Source of the DNA: Chiloscyllium plagiosum
Taxonomy: Eukaryota
Assembly: GCF_004010195.1 (NCBI RefSeq)
Contig: NC_057719.1
Location: 27,199,623-27,263,622, forward strand
Length of the DNA: 64,000 bases
Direction of reading: 5' to 3'
The notes beneath the pieces were generated by a model. The model had not been told where the DNA came from. It ran no database searches and was given only the letters and a program-made list of their open reading frames with translations. This document shows, in pieces, positions 37,645 through 49,819 of this stretch. Each line of letters begins with the position of its first letter. Within the stretch, counting starts at the first letter, position 1. The position numbers were made by a program, and so were the translations under genes.

Positions 37645-39720
37645 GGGCAAGGGCAATCATAATGCAATTAAGCAAGAATTAGGATGCATAGAATGGGGTA
37701 GCAAAATGCAGGGATGGGGACAATCAAAATATGGACCTGGTTTAAGGAACAGATATTGCGTGTCCTTGATAGGTATGTCCCTGTCAGGCAGGAAGAAAAT
37801 GATAAGGTAAGGGAACTATGGTTTACTACAGAAATTGCATCTCCTGTTACGAAGAAGAAGGAGGCTTATGTGTTGATGAGGCAAGATGGTTCAGATGAGG
37901 CGATGGAGAGCTACAGATCAGCTAGGAAGGATTTAAAGTGAGAGTTAAGAAGAGCAAAGAGAGAACACGAGGAGTCTTTAGTAAATAGAATAAAGGAGAA
38001 CCCTAAAGCTTTCTACGGGTATGTGAGGAATAAGAGGATTACTAGGGTAGGAATATGGCCAGTCAAAGACAGAAGTGGGAAGTTGAGTGTGGACCCTGTG
38101 GAGATCGGAAAGGTGCTAAACAAACATTTCTCATCGGTTTTCACTCAGGAAAAGGAGAATATTGTAGAGGAGAAGAGGATGAGATATTAGACTAGAAAGG
38201 ATCGAGGTTAGGTATGAACAGGTGTTATCAATTCTGGAAGGAGTGAAAGTAAACAAGTCCCCCTGGGCCAGATGGGATTTATCTGAGGATTCTCTGGGAA
38301 GCTAGGGAGGAGATAGCAGAGTCTTTGGCTTTGATATTTGAGTCGTCATTGTCTACAGATTTGGTACCAGAGGACCAAATGTTGTGCCCTTGTTCAAGAA
38401 GGGCAGTAGAGATGACCCAGATAATTATAGTCCGGTGAGCCTTACTTTTGTTGTAGGAAAGGGTTTGGAAAGGATTATAAGAGACAAGATTTATAATCAT
38501 CTAGCAAGCAACAATTTGATTTCAGATAGTCAACATGGTTTCGTCAAGGGCAGGTCATGTCTCACAAACCTCATTCAGTTTTTTGAGAAGGTGACCACGC
38601 ATGTCGATGAGGGTAAGGCAGTTGACGTGGTATACATGGACTTCTGTAAAGCCTTTGATAAGGTTTCACATGGAAGGCAGAGAGTATTGGTTGATGGAAA
38701 ATATTCAGCCTGGAGTACGGTTACTAGTGGTGCTCCACAAGGATCTGTTTTGGGACCACTGCTGTTTGTCATTTTTATAAATGACTTAGACACAGGCAGA
38801 GGTGGATGGATTAGTAAGTTTGCAGATAACACTAAAGTCGGTGGAGTAGTGGACAGTGTGGAAGAATGTTAAAGGTTGCAGGGGGACTTGGGATAAACAG
38901 CAGAATTGGACTGAGAGGTGGCAAATGGAGTTCAATACAGCTAAATGTGAGGTAATGCACTTTGGGAAGATTAACAGGAAGGCAGAATATTGGGTCGTTG
39001 GAAAGATTCTTGGTAGTGTGGATGTGCAGAGGGATCTTGGAGTCCATGTACATAGATCCTGAAAATTGCCACCCAGGTGGACAGTGCTGTTAAGAAGGCA
39101 TACGGTGTGTTAGGTTTCATTCGTAGAGGGATTGAGTTCCGGAGCCGCAATATCATGCTGCAACTATACAAAACGCTAGTGCAGCCACACTTGGAATATT
39201 GTGTACAGTTCTGGTCCCCATATTTCGGGAAGGATGTGGAAGCATTGGAAAAGGTGCAGAGGAGATTTACCAGGATGTTGCCTGGTCTGAAGGGAAGGTC
39301 TTATGAGGAAAAGCTGAGAGACTTGGGTCAGTTCTCATTGGAAAGAAGAAGGCTAAGAGGGGATTTGATAGAGACATAGAAGATGATCAGAGGATTAGAT
39401 CGGGTAGACAGTGAAATACTTTTCCTAGGATGATGATGTCAGCTTGTACGAGGGGGCATAACTACAAATTGAGGGGTGATAGATTTAAGACAGATGTCAG
39501 AGGCAGGTTCTTTACGCAGAGAGTGGTAAGGGTGTGGAAGGCCCTACCTGCTAATATAGTCAACTCAGCCACATTAGGGAGATTTAAACAATTCTGGGGT
39601 AAGCACATGGATGATTTTGGGATAGTGTAGGGGGATGAGCTGAGAATAGTTCACAGGTCGGCGCAACATCGAGGGCCGAAGGCCTGTTCTGCACTGTATT
39701 GTTCTATTTTCTATGTTCTA
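37643..39720 (+). mobile_element. 5'-truncated CR1 LINE inserted into the R2 fragment
   Basis: Starts WGKGNHNAIKQELGCIEWG. RT SGAPQGSVLGP..KFADNTKV. Ends TTCTATTTTCTATGTTCTA at 39720. Confidence 0.95.
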
Positions 39721-39900
39721 GAGTACTGGATGCCGTCCCTTTGACATTGCAGGTTTTGCCACTTTTTAAATTCCTACTCTCTCCACCCTGCATGCTTGTT
39801 GGGTGGTTTCTGTCGCCCAGCGTCTGCCTCCTGGAATGCTGGCATGATGGCCTGGATGTGGGTCATCAGGTCCATTTCCTCTTCGCCGCTGTTTTGGCTG
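39721..39900 (-). mobile_element. R2 retrotransposon 3' fragment, part 1
   Basis: A minus frame reads ..NKHAGWRE*EFKKWQNLQCQRDGIQYS, the WRxxEFxxWxxLxxQGxG block that directly precedes DKISNxW in vertebrate R2 proteins. Confidence 0.8.
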
Positions 39901-40550
39901 CAGGGTTGTCTCTATTCCCTTGAACAAGGGAACAATATTTGCTATCCTCCAGTCTTCTGGCACTATTCCTGTAGACAAAGACGACATAAAGAACAAAGCC
40001 AAAGGCTCTGCAATCTCCTCCCGAGCTTCCCAGAGAATCCTAGGACAAATCCCATCCAGCCCAACAGACTTATCTATTTTCACACTTTCCAGAATTGCTA
40101 ACACCTCCTCCTTGTGAACATTAACTCTGTCCAGCCTACTAGCCTGTATCTCAGTATTTTCCTCAATAACATTGTCTTTTTCCTGTGTGAATATTGATGA
40201 AAAATATTAATTTAGCACTTCTCCTATCTCCTCAGACTCCACGCACAACTTCGCACTACTGTCCTTTACAGGCCCTAATCTTACTCTAGTCATTCTTTTA
40301 TTCCTGACATAGCTATAGAAAGCTTTAGGGTTTTCCTTGATCCTACCTGCCAAAGGCTACTCATGCCTCCTTCTGCCTCTTCTTCGCTCACTCTTTAGGT
40401 CCTTCCTGGCTAACTTGTACCACTCAAGTGCCCTAACTGAGCCTTCATGTCTCATTCTAACATAAGCCTCCTTCTCCCTCTTGACAAGAGTTTCAACTTC
40501 TTTAGTAAACTACAGTTCCCTCGCTTGACCACTTGACCACTTCATCCACT

Positions 40551-40870
40551 GGGGCGGCACGGTGGCACAGTTGTTAGCACTACTGTCTCACAGCACCAGA
40601 GACCCGGGTTCAATTCCCGCCTCAGGCTACTGACTGTGTGGAGTTTGCACATTCTCCCCGTGTCTGTGTGGGTTTCCTCCGGGTGCTCCGGTTTCCTCCC
40701 ACAGACCAAAAATGCGCAGGTTAGGTGAATTGGCCATGCTAGTGTTAGGTGAAGGGATAAATGTAGGGGAATGGGTCTGGGTGGGTTGCGCTTCGGCAGG
40801 TCGGTGTGGACTTGTTGGGCCGAAGGGCCTGTTTCCACACTGTAAGTAATCTAATCTAAAAAAAAACAAA
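40551..40870 (+). mobile_element. V-SINE (HE1-like) nested in CR1
   Basis: A and B boxes, V-domain and tail as at 4417. CR1 sequence resumes at TCCCTGCCTGACAGG. Confidence 0.9.
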
Positions 40871-43800
40871 TCCCTGCCTGACAGGTACATTCTTGTCAAG
40901 GACATGCTGTAGCTGTTCTTTGAATAAGCTCCACATTTCAATTGTGCCCATCCCATGCAGTTTTCTTCCCCATCCTAAGCATCCTAAATCTTGCCTAATC
41001 GCATCATAGTTGCTTTTCTCCCAGCTATAATTCTTGCCCTGCGGTATATACGTATCCCTCTCCATTGCTAAAGTAAACATAACCGAATTGTGGTCACTAT
41101 CACCAAAGTGCTCACCTAACTCCAAATCTAACACATGGCTGGGTGCATTACCCAATACCAAATCCAATGTGGCCTCGCCCCTTGTTCGCCGACCTACATA
41201 CTGTGTCAGGAAACCCTCCTGCACACATTAGACAAATACTGACCCATCTAAGGTACTCAAACTACAGCGTTTCCAGTCAATATTAGGAAAGTTAAAGTTC
41301 CTCCATAACAACTACCCTGTTACTTTTAACCCTATCCAGAATCACCTTTGCAATCCTCTCCTCTACATCTCAGGAACTTTTCGGAGGCCTATAGAAAACT
41401 CCCAACTGGGTGATTGTTCCTTTCCTGTTTCTAACCTCAGCCATTACTAATTCAGTAGACGAGTCCTCAAATGTCCTTTCTGCCACCGTAATACTGTCCT
41501 TGACTAACAATGCCACACCTCCCCTTCTTTTACCATCTTCTCTGTTCTTATTGAAGCATCTACATCCTGGAACCTGCAACAACCATTCATGTCCCTGCTC
41601 TATCCATGTCTCCGAAATGGCCACAACATTGAAGCCTCGGGTACCAATCCATGCTGCAAGTTCACCCACCTTATTCTGGATTCTCCTGGCATTGAAGTAG
41701 ACATACTTCAAACCACCTTCCTGCCTGCTGGTACACTCCTACAACTTTGAAACCTTATTCATGAATTCACTCCCCTCAACCTCCTGTACACTGGAGATAC
41801 AATTCTGGTTCCGATCCCCTGCTGAATTAGTTTAAAACCTCCTGAACAGCATTAGCAAACCTCCTCCTTCCCCATCCCAGGGTCCCTTCTGGTTCAGGTG
41901 TAGACCATCCTGTTTGTAGAGGTCCCACCTACTCCAGAATGAGCCCCAATTATCCAGGTATCTGAATCTCTCCCTCCTGCACTACCCCTGTCGCCACATG
42001 TTCAGTTGCTCTCTCTCCCTATTCCTCATCTCGCTAGCACGTGGCACAGGTAACAAACCAGAGATAACAACTCTGTTTGTTCTAGCTCTAAGCTTCCACC
42101 CTAGCTCCCTGAATGTCTGCCTTACATCGCCACCCTGTTTCCTATCTATACCATTAGTGCCTATGTGGACCACAACTTGGGACTGCTCCCCCTCCCCTCA
42201 AAGATCCCCAAAACACAATCCATGGCATCACAGACCCTGGGACCTCGGAGGCAACACACCAACTGTGTCTCTCTCGTTCTCACAGAACCTCCTGTCTGTC
42301 TCTCTAACTATGAAGTCTGCATTGACTGATGCTCTACACCTCTCCCCCCTTCCATTCTGAGCAACAGGGACAAACTCTGTGCCAGAGACCTGTGCCCCAG
42401 TCTTACTCCTGTTAAGTTGTATCCCCCAACAGTATCCAAAATGGTATACTTGTTACTGAGGGGAATGGTCACATGGGATCCCTGCACTGTCTGCCTGGTC
42501 CCTTTCTGTCCCCTGGCTGTAACCCATCTACCTTCTTCCTATACTTGAGGTGTAACTACCCCCTTGTAATTCTTTTCAATTACTCCCTCAACCTCCTGAA
42601 CAATCTGAAGTTCATCCAGCTCCAGCTCCAGTTCCCTAACACGGTTTCCGAGGAATTGGAGTTGAGTGCACTTCCTGCAGATGAAGTCAGTGGGGACACT
42701 AGTGGTAACAATTGCCTCCCACATTCTACAGGAGGAGCACTCAACTGCCCTACCATCCATTCCCACTGTTCTGAATTCCCAAAGAGACTATTGAAAAAAA
42801 AACTAGTAATCTTACCGAATCAGTGCGCAGAACTTGTTTTTGGTTAGAGGAGGATGGGCGGGAGACACTACCTAAGTAGTGCTTTGGGTAAAGCAACCAC
42901 CGAAATATATTACCCCATTTATTCAGCCACCCTGCGTCCGCTCCTGTTCAGCGTGTGTTCCACCTAATCACGCGGTAAGCATTTTATAGGATTTATTTAC
43001 CTTCCCGGCAGCCCCTTGGTCCTCACTCTCACAGTTCCTGCTGGAAAAATGGTACAGTTGGGAATCAGTGGCCTTACAAATCATCAACATTGACTCAGAC
43101 TCCAGATGTTCTTATTGCATTATGTCAAAGCCAGGCAAAGAATCCTCTTGCTGATTATCACTTCCTGGTGTTAACTGAACCCTTGATGTTGAGAACCACT
43201 TGGATGCTGCACTGCAGCAAAGACACAGTGTACTCAAGGCAGGAGATTTCTTCATCCATCATCAATAATGAGTGTGTACCACAACAAAAATCATTACTGA
43301 CTGTGCTGGGTGAGCTCCATCAGCCTTATCTATGTGCAGTTTGAATGTGCAGATTGAAACAACCAACAAGAGGGAAAAGTTTATATTGCCTCTTCCTCAC
43401 CAGATAGAAATGACCACTACACAACCTGTGGAAATAAAGCCCTGCCTTCACACTGAGGATACTGTCCATCTTGTTGTGTCGTGATACCTCCAGGCTAAAT
43501 TATACAGATTTCAAAGTGAGCTAGCAGCTCAAGCTGAGCCATCAGGAGCCACTGAGACCATCAGCAGCAGAACTGTTTTCCATCACAATCTGTCAACCCA
43601 TATCCAGCATATTCCTCACTCTACCACTACCATCAAGCCTGGGAACCAATCTAGTTTTAAGAAAATGTGAAGCACAGTCCAGAAGTATCACCATGCACCC
43701 ATTTGTACTCCAGAGCAATCTCTATCATTATAATGATAATGTGGAAAATCGCATGGGGTTGTCACCAAAGATTAATTTGATTACATCACGTACAACCTTT

Positions 43801-44181
43801 TAGTTTCCAAAAAAGAAATATTTGAAAGCATGCTCATGATGCTAAAAACATGCTCACTGATGCTTAGTTTAGGTTCTGTCAGGACCACAGCTCTCCAAGT
43901 CTCATTACAGCCTTGGTGCAAGCATGAATAATGGAGTTAAACTTGAGTTGAGACACAAGACTGAGTATCTTGGGCAAGTGAGACATCAAAGAGTCTTTGT
44001 GAAACTGAAGTTAAATGGGAACTTTAGGGAAATCTTGCCACTGGCTTGAGTCAAGCTTAATAGAAAGGATGATGGTTATGGTCATTAAAGGCTAGTCACC
44101 TCAGCCCTAGACATCACTATGGAAGTTCCTCAGGGTAATGTGATAGGACTAGCTAAATTCAGTTACTTCATAAATGATGAT

Positions 44182-44392
44182 TTGGAGATGCCGGTGTTGG
44201 ACTGGGGCGTACAAAGTTAAAAATCACACAACACCAGGTTATAGTCCAACAGGTTTAATTGGAAGCACTAGCTTTTGGAGCGTCGCTCCTTCAGCAGGTG
44301 ACACAACCACCTGATGAAGGAGCGACGTTCCGAAAGCTAGTGTGCTTCCAATTAAACCTGTTGGATTTTAACCTGGTGCTGTGTGATTTTTA
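44182..44392. mobile_element. Family B palindromic element with one intact hammerhead core
   Basis: ~85-bp inverted arms around ACACAAC. Direct repeat ACTTCATAAATGATGAT at 44165-44181 and 44393-44409. Confidence 0.9.
44308..44342 (+). ncRNA. Minimal type I hammerhead ribozyme motif (CUA cleavage triplet)
   Basis: CAC-CTGATGA-A-GGAGC-GAC-GTTCC-GAAAG-CTA-GTG: stem I CAC/GTG, stem II and a loopless palindromic stem III AGCT. Confidence 0.8.
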
Positions 44393-45127
44393 ACTTCATA
44401 AATGATGATCCCTCCATGAAGAGGTCAGAATTAAGGATGAATAATCATTGAGGACTTGCCTTTGTGCAAAGGACTGAAGAAGGAATTGAGACAGACTATG
44501 GGAGAACAGCATAAAGAAACATGAAATAATGCAGCTTTTTTTTATCCTAACCGCACATATCTTATTTAAAGAATAATACAATGATTGTCAGCAAGGGCCT
44601 AAAAGGGACGCATGATGGTTTTGTCAGTTTTCTCACCCAGACAAGTGATAAAACTTTACCGCAATGTTTCCACAATAATTATCAATGTTAATGAAGCACC
44701 ATGCACAGTGCCTATTTGGTAAAATATGATATTGAGATATTGACTGTGAATGAAATACAATGATTAGAAATACAATCTTTCACTCCTGGTATCAGTAAGT
44801 CACTTTACCTTAACAGTCATAATGACCTGTGCTCATCGTTGTAAAAGCACTGACTCCATACAGCTCAACATCACCTTTATTTACATTAATAGAAAATCAG
44901 TACATTGATTTGTATTGAATTGAATAGCTTTATTGCCACATGCACTCAAATGAGTAAAGTGAAAAGTTTATAAGTAACCACTTACAATGCCATCTTAGGT
45001 ACAAAGGTCACTAGGTACAAACCTTAGTTACAGAATAGAGAAAAGTAAGGAAATAATGTTACATTAGCTGTACACAGTATGACCATAGGTCAGAAAAATC
45101 AAAAAGTAAAGTTAAAAGGTCAAACTT

Positions 45128-45320
45128 CACAGTCCATCTCCACAGTCTGTCTGCACAGTCTGTCTGCACAGTCTTTCTCCACAATCGGTCTGCACAGGCT
45201 GTCTCCACAGTCTGTCTGTACAGTCTGTCTGCGCAGTCTTTCTCCACAGTCTGTCTGCACAGGCTGCCTCCACAGTCTGCGCAGTCTGTCTGTGCAGTCC
45301 GTCTGTACAGGCTGTGTGCA
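45128..45320. repeat. Minisatellite built on CACAGTCTGTCT(G/C) units
   Basis: Direct tandem periodicity of about 13 bp. Confidence 0.85.
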
Positions 45321-45429
45321 GCAGACCAGCGTAAGGGATCTCCCAATGGTCTGACCACTGGATGCTGTCATACCCTCCACTGGGCCATTGCCCCCACACT
45401 CCCACACCAGGCTGCTACACCCACTCTGC

Positions 45430-45850
45430 ACTGGGCTGTTGATCATTGGCGTCCTCACTCCAGCCACTGGTCACTGCCGTCCCCGCTCTGGCTACTAGTC
45501 ACTGGCAGCACTGGCATCCCCACACTGGCTGCTGGTCACTGGCATGACCACTATAGCCACTGGTCACTGGCATCCCTGCTCTGACTGCTGGTCACTGGCA
45601 TCCCCACACTGGCTGCTGGTCACTGGTGTCTCCACACTGGCTGCTGGTCACTGGCTTCCCTGCTCTTGCTGCTGGTCACTGGCATCCCCACACTGGCTGC
45701 TGCTCACTGGTGTCCCCACACTGGCTGCTGGTCACTGGTGTCCCCACACTGCCTGCTGCTCACTGGCATCCCCACGCTGGCCTGCTGGTCACTGGCATCC
45801 CCACGCTGGCTGCTGGTGGCTGGTGTCTCTGTTCTGGTCATTGGCATCTC
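45430..45850. repeat. 28-bp GC-rich minisatellite CTGGCTGCTGGTCACTGGCATCCCCACA
   Basis: Units start at 45525, 45609, 45637, 45693 and 45721 (multiples of 28 apart). Confidence 0.9.
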
Positions 45851-46581
45851 TGCCAATGGTTTACATTTTGCTTCCAATTAGTTCGAAGAAAAAATGTATT
45901 TTTGTAGTCCATTGGAAATGTTATACATTAATCCTGGCCGGAGAGAAAACAATGGAGTAAAGATTTCTACAATCTACAGGATATTTCAAACATAGGTTCA
46001 TAAAATCCCTCCAAATATTGCACACAGAAACATATTGTTGCATTCTACAATCATCCAGATTGTGTAGGGTTTTTTTTACCAAAGATATATTTTATTCATC
46101 AAAATGTGCAAAAATACATCATATGACTGTTCAAATTTGACATTTATGCAAAGTTCAATACAAATCCATTTTTAAAAATCCTGTTGGCGCTGTCTTACAA
46201 GCCTTGCTATTACAAATAATGTATGTAAACATACTATAATGTACATTTACATTTCATGTCAATTGTCCTCTGGTATATTCATTCAGCCCAAGGGTTATTA
46301 TTTATTTAGATTTCAGCCTCTTCGTGTACTGTGACGCTGGATTTTGTAAGAATGGTTTATTGACAATCAGGACCATTCTCTACAACATTGACAAGATATG
46401 TTAATCCCTTCAGTAGTTGGTAGAACTATAGTCAAATCGTCCCTTGTCTAATTTTGAGAACACAAAATGTATTGCAGCTCTATGTTTACAGTGATACCAG
46501 CAGTAAAGATTCATATCTGCACCTCAGCTGTGGAACTCCTGCAGAGAGTCTTGTCACCTGAAAATCCACTCCTTCTTTGGA

Positions 46582-46734
46582 CAAAGTTAAAAATCACACA
46601 AGACCATCACCTGATGAAGGAGCAGCGTTCCAAAAGTTAGTTCTTCAAAATAAACCTGCTGAACTATAACCTGGCTTTGTGTGATTTTTTTAAACTTTGT
46701 CCACCCCAGTCTAACACCAGCAGTTCCAAATCAT
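46582..46734. mobile_element. Family B element with a hammerhead core (G12 to A)
   Basis: CAC-CTGATGA-AGGAGCAGCGTTCC-AAAAG. Perfect 12-bp TSD TCCTTCTTTGGA at 46570-46581 and 46735-46746. Confidence 0.85.
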
Positions 46735-49700
46735 TCCTTCTTTGGAGACATGACAATGCACACCTACCCAATGAAGGGGGCTGAGAAATGCTTTAAGCTG
46801 TAGGAAACCTGCCATCTATCCACTGGCATGGATTGTCTTTTTCCACAAACTGAGAATCACAGAAATGAGTGAGGATTAAATGCAGTAAAATGAATAAAAG
46901 AGAGTAATTGAACCATAAGTAAATGGAAGAGAACACAACAAATTTCAGGATAAATCAGGTCAAATTTGTTTCAGATGTTATAAATGAGAAGAGAAACAAA
47001 GAATGAATATAGTCATTAACTTTCCTCCATGGACCAACTTTTCTCACGTTTACAGTAAAATGTACAAGGAAAAGAGTTCAAATTACAGCAAATACAAGGA
47101 GATAAAATATACATTTGAAAGGGCAAATCTGACAATGATGATTATACCAATCATACTTGAAAATGACTTCTTTCACAATCAAAAGGTAAAAATTCCATGT
47201 TCAGGCAGTGAAGGGGCAATTTAAAAGAGAACATTTTAAATAGTGCATTGCTACCATCTATCATATTTATAACATTATTGGGCAATGATGGTATTTATTA
47301 GAGCAAATTTTGATGTGGATGCTTATGACTGCCTTTAACCATCCCTGGGTCTGTGAAACATTACCATTTTTTTTCTATTTATATAACCATCCTGTGGAAA
47401 TGTCAATGGGTGGAAAAATTGAATAAAAATAATTGGGCTGGAGAAGTTGTATTGTGTGACAACTCCTCAGGAGATAACAATAACAGGTAAAAGTACTGAA
47501 AATTTGAAGTTAACAATGCTGCAAATGCACAAGTCCAACAACATTTGAAAACTAAATGGGTTGGAATTTATTCACATATTTTTAAAAAACAGAATTGTGC
47601 ATCTCTAATGTTTTCTGGTTCAAATATGATCAAGGTATCAGATGTGAAAATTATTTCCATTAATTGTTGCAGGAAGCTCTCTTTAATGACCTAGATTTTC
47701 AGGTAGTGATACAATTGAAGGCCAAATCAGACAGAAATATAGAGCACCCAGACACACATTCAGATTAACAAAGCATCGAGAAATTACTGACCATTTTGCT
47801 CTGCTCCTCAACAAGACATTTTGTTCTTGACATATGAAGGGGTAAAATTTTATTTTGCTTGCCAACTAGATACACAGCAGGATTGTTGGAATTAGTCCAA
47901 TTTTTAAAAATAAATTCTTCATGGGGTGTGGGCATCACTGGTCCATTCCTAGTTGCCCTTGAGAAGATGCTGATGAGCTGTCTTTTTGAACTACTGCAGT
48001 CGATTTGGTGTTATTACATCAACAATGTTGTTATGGGAGGAGTTCTAGGAGTTTGATCCAGCAATACTAAAGGAACACTAATCTATTTCCAAGCTTGGTT
48101 GATGAGTGACTTGGAGGGGAGAATGCATGTGGTGGTGCTCTGTTTTATCTGCTGTCCTTGACCTTCTAGGTGATAGTGGGTGTGGGTTTGGAATGTGCTG
48201 TCTAAGGACCTTTGGTGAATTTGTGATGTGCACCTCATAGATGGTACACACTGCTAGTACTGAGTGTCAGTGGTGGAAGGACTGGATGCTTGTGGATGCA
48301 GTGTCAGTCAAATGGGTGCTTTGTTTTCGGTGGTATCAAGCTGTCTAAGTGTTGTTGGTGATGCACCCAACCAAGCAAATGGGGAATATTCCATAAACAG
48401 TGGACAGCTTTGGGGAGTCCTGAGAGAACTTTGTGACAACAGAATTCCCACCCTCTGTCCTTCTGTTGTAGCCACAGTATTTGTATAGCTAGTTCAGTTC
48501 CATCTCTGGTCAATCAAAATCCTTAAAATGTTGAAAGTGATTGATTCAGTAACAGTGATGGCTTTGACAATGGTTAAATTGTCTCTTGGTGGAGATGGTT
48601 AATGCCTTGCATTTATGTGGTGTGGATGTTACTTTACACTTGTCAGCCCAAGTCCAGGTATCATCGAGGTCTTGTTGCATTTGAACATGGAACTGCTTCA
48701 GTGTCTGAGGAGTTGTGAATGGAGCTGAATATTGTGCATTATCAATAAACAACTTCACTTCTAACATTATGATGGAGAGAAGGTCATTGATGAAGTGCTG
48801 AATATTGTTGGCCCAAAAAGATTGTCCTGAGGAACTCTTCAAAAGTCCTGGTGCTGAGGTGCTTACCTCCAACAACCATCTTTCTTTGAGCTTGGTATGA
48901 TTCCGACCATCAGAGAGTTTTCACCCAGATTCCCATTAACTCTAGTTTTGCTAGGATTTCTTGATAATGCACAATTGGTGAACTGTGCCCTTGATGTCAA
49001 TTGCTATCACTCTCACTTCACCACTGGAATTCAGTTCTTTACTCCATGCTTAGACCAAAGCTGTAAAGAGGTCAGGAGCTGAATGGCCCTGACAGAATGC
49101 AAACCGGACATCACTGAGCAGGTTATTGCTAAGCAAGTGCTGCCTGAAACATTGATAAGAACCCCTTTCTATCACTTTACAGTTATATTGAAACACTCTG
49201 GCTGGAGCACAGCACGTTCTGAAGCACACTAACCCTGTACTATTAAAGAATATTGTTAGGGCCCAGTCAAGCAGCTACGTCTTTTAGGAGTTGACCAGTT
49301 TGGTCAGTAGTGTTGCGGCCAAGCCACTCTTAGTAATAGAATCCCCTCTTAGCTTTCTTCTTTCCAATGAGGACAGGTTCAAGTCTCTCAAACTTTCCTC
49401 ATAAGCCCCCACCCAGAGTAAACACTCTCAATGTTTCCTTCAAGTGCTGTTCAACATTGAGGGGTACTGACTCATCAGCTGGAGAGTGGTTGGGGATGGT
49501 AGGGGTTGAGTGTAATGTGTGGCAATCAGGAGGTTTCCTTGTCCATGTTTTACCTGATTCCAGGAGACTTTGTGGACTATTATTCAATGTTGAGGGTTCT
49601 CAGACCAACTTTACCTTAACTGCATAACACTGGCTCATTGCCTGTGCTGAGCCTGTCCTGGATGTGGGACTGGACATACTCAGGAAACCTAGTGGAGGTG

Positions 49701-49819
49701 TCTGGGACATTGTAAGGTACAATTCTGTTAGTATGACCATGTTAGACTATTGTTTGTTGGACAGCTCTCCTAATTTTGGCACTAATCCCCTAACGTTAAT
49801 AAAGAGGAATTTTCAGGAT

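Larger units (their letters stand above)
35405..42960 (-). mobile_element. Essentially full-length CR1 LINE hosting nested R2, CR1 and V-SINE insertions
   Basis: ORF1: zinc finger CSSC-x16-CRKC and leucine zipper (42539-42766), esterase VHIGTN (41982-42173). ORF2: APE YFNAR..ISETW, RT DFSKAF and SGVPQGSVLGP. (TTCTATG)n tail at 35405. ORF2 is collinear across 36738/39901. Confidence 0.95.
43340..44450 (+). mobile_element. Second LINE family remnant (heavily decayed)
   Basis: TTIKPGNQ, QFRFCQDHSSPSLITALVQAW and EVPQGNVIG-like motifs. Homologous to 48700-49150 on the minus strand. Confidence 0.6.

Noticed and set aside
45059..45960. Cys/Trp/His-rich repetitive ORFs
   Set aside because: These are translations of 13-bp and 28-bp minisatellites, open in several frames and with no domain signature.
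46049..46330. Minus-strand AATAAA plus poly(A) as an L1/Tx1 or retrogene 3' end
   Set aside because: No coding similarity or TSD was found, so it cannot be assigned.
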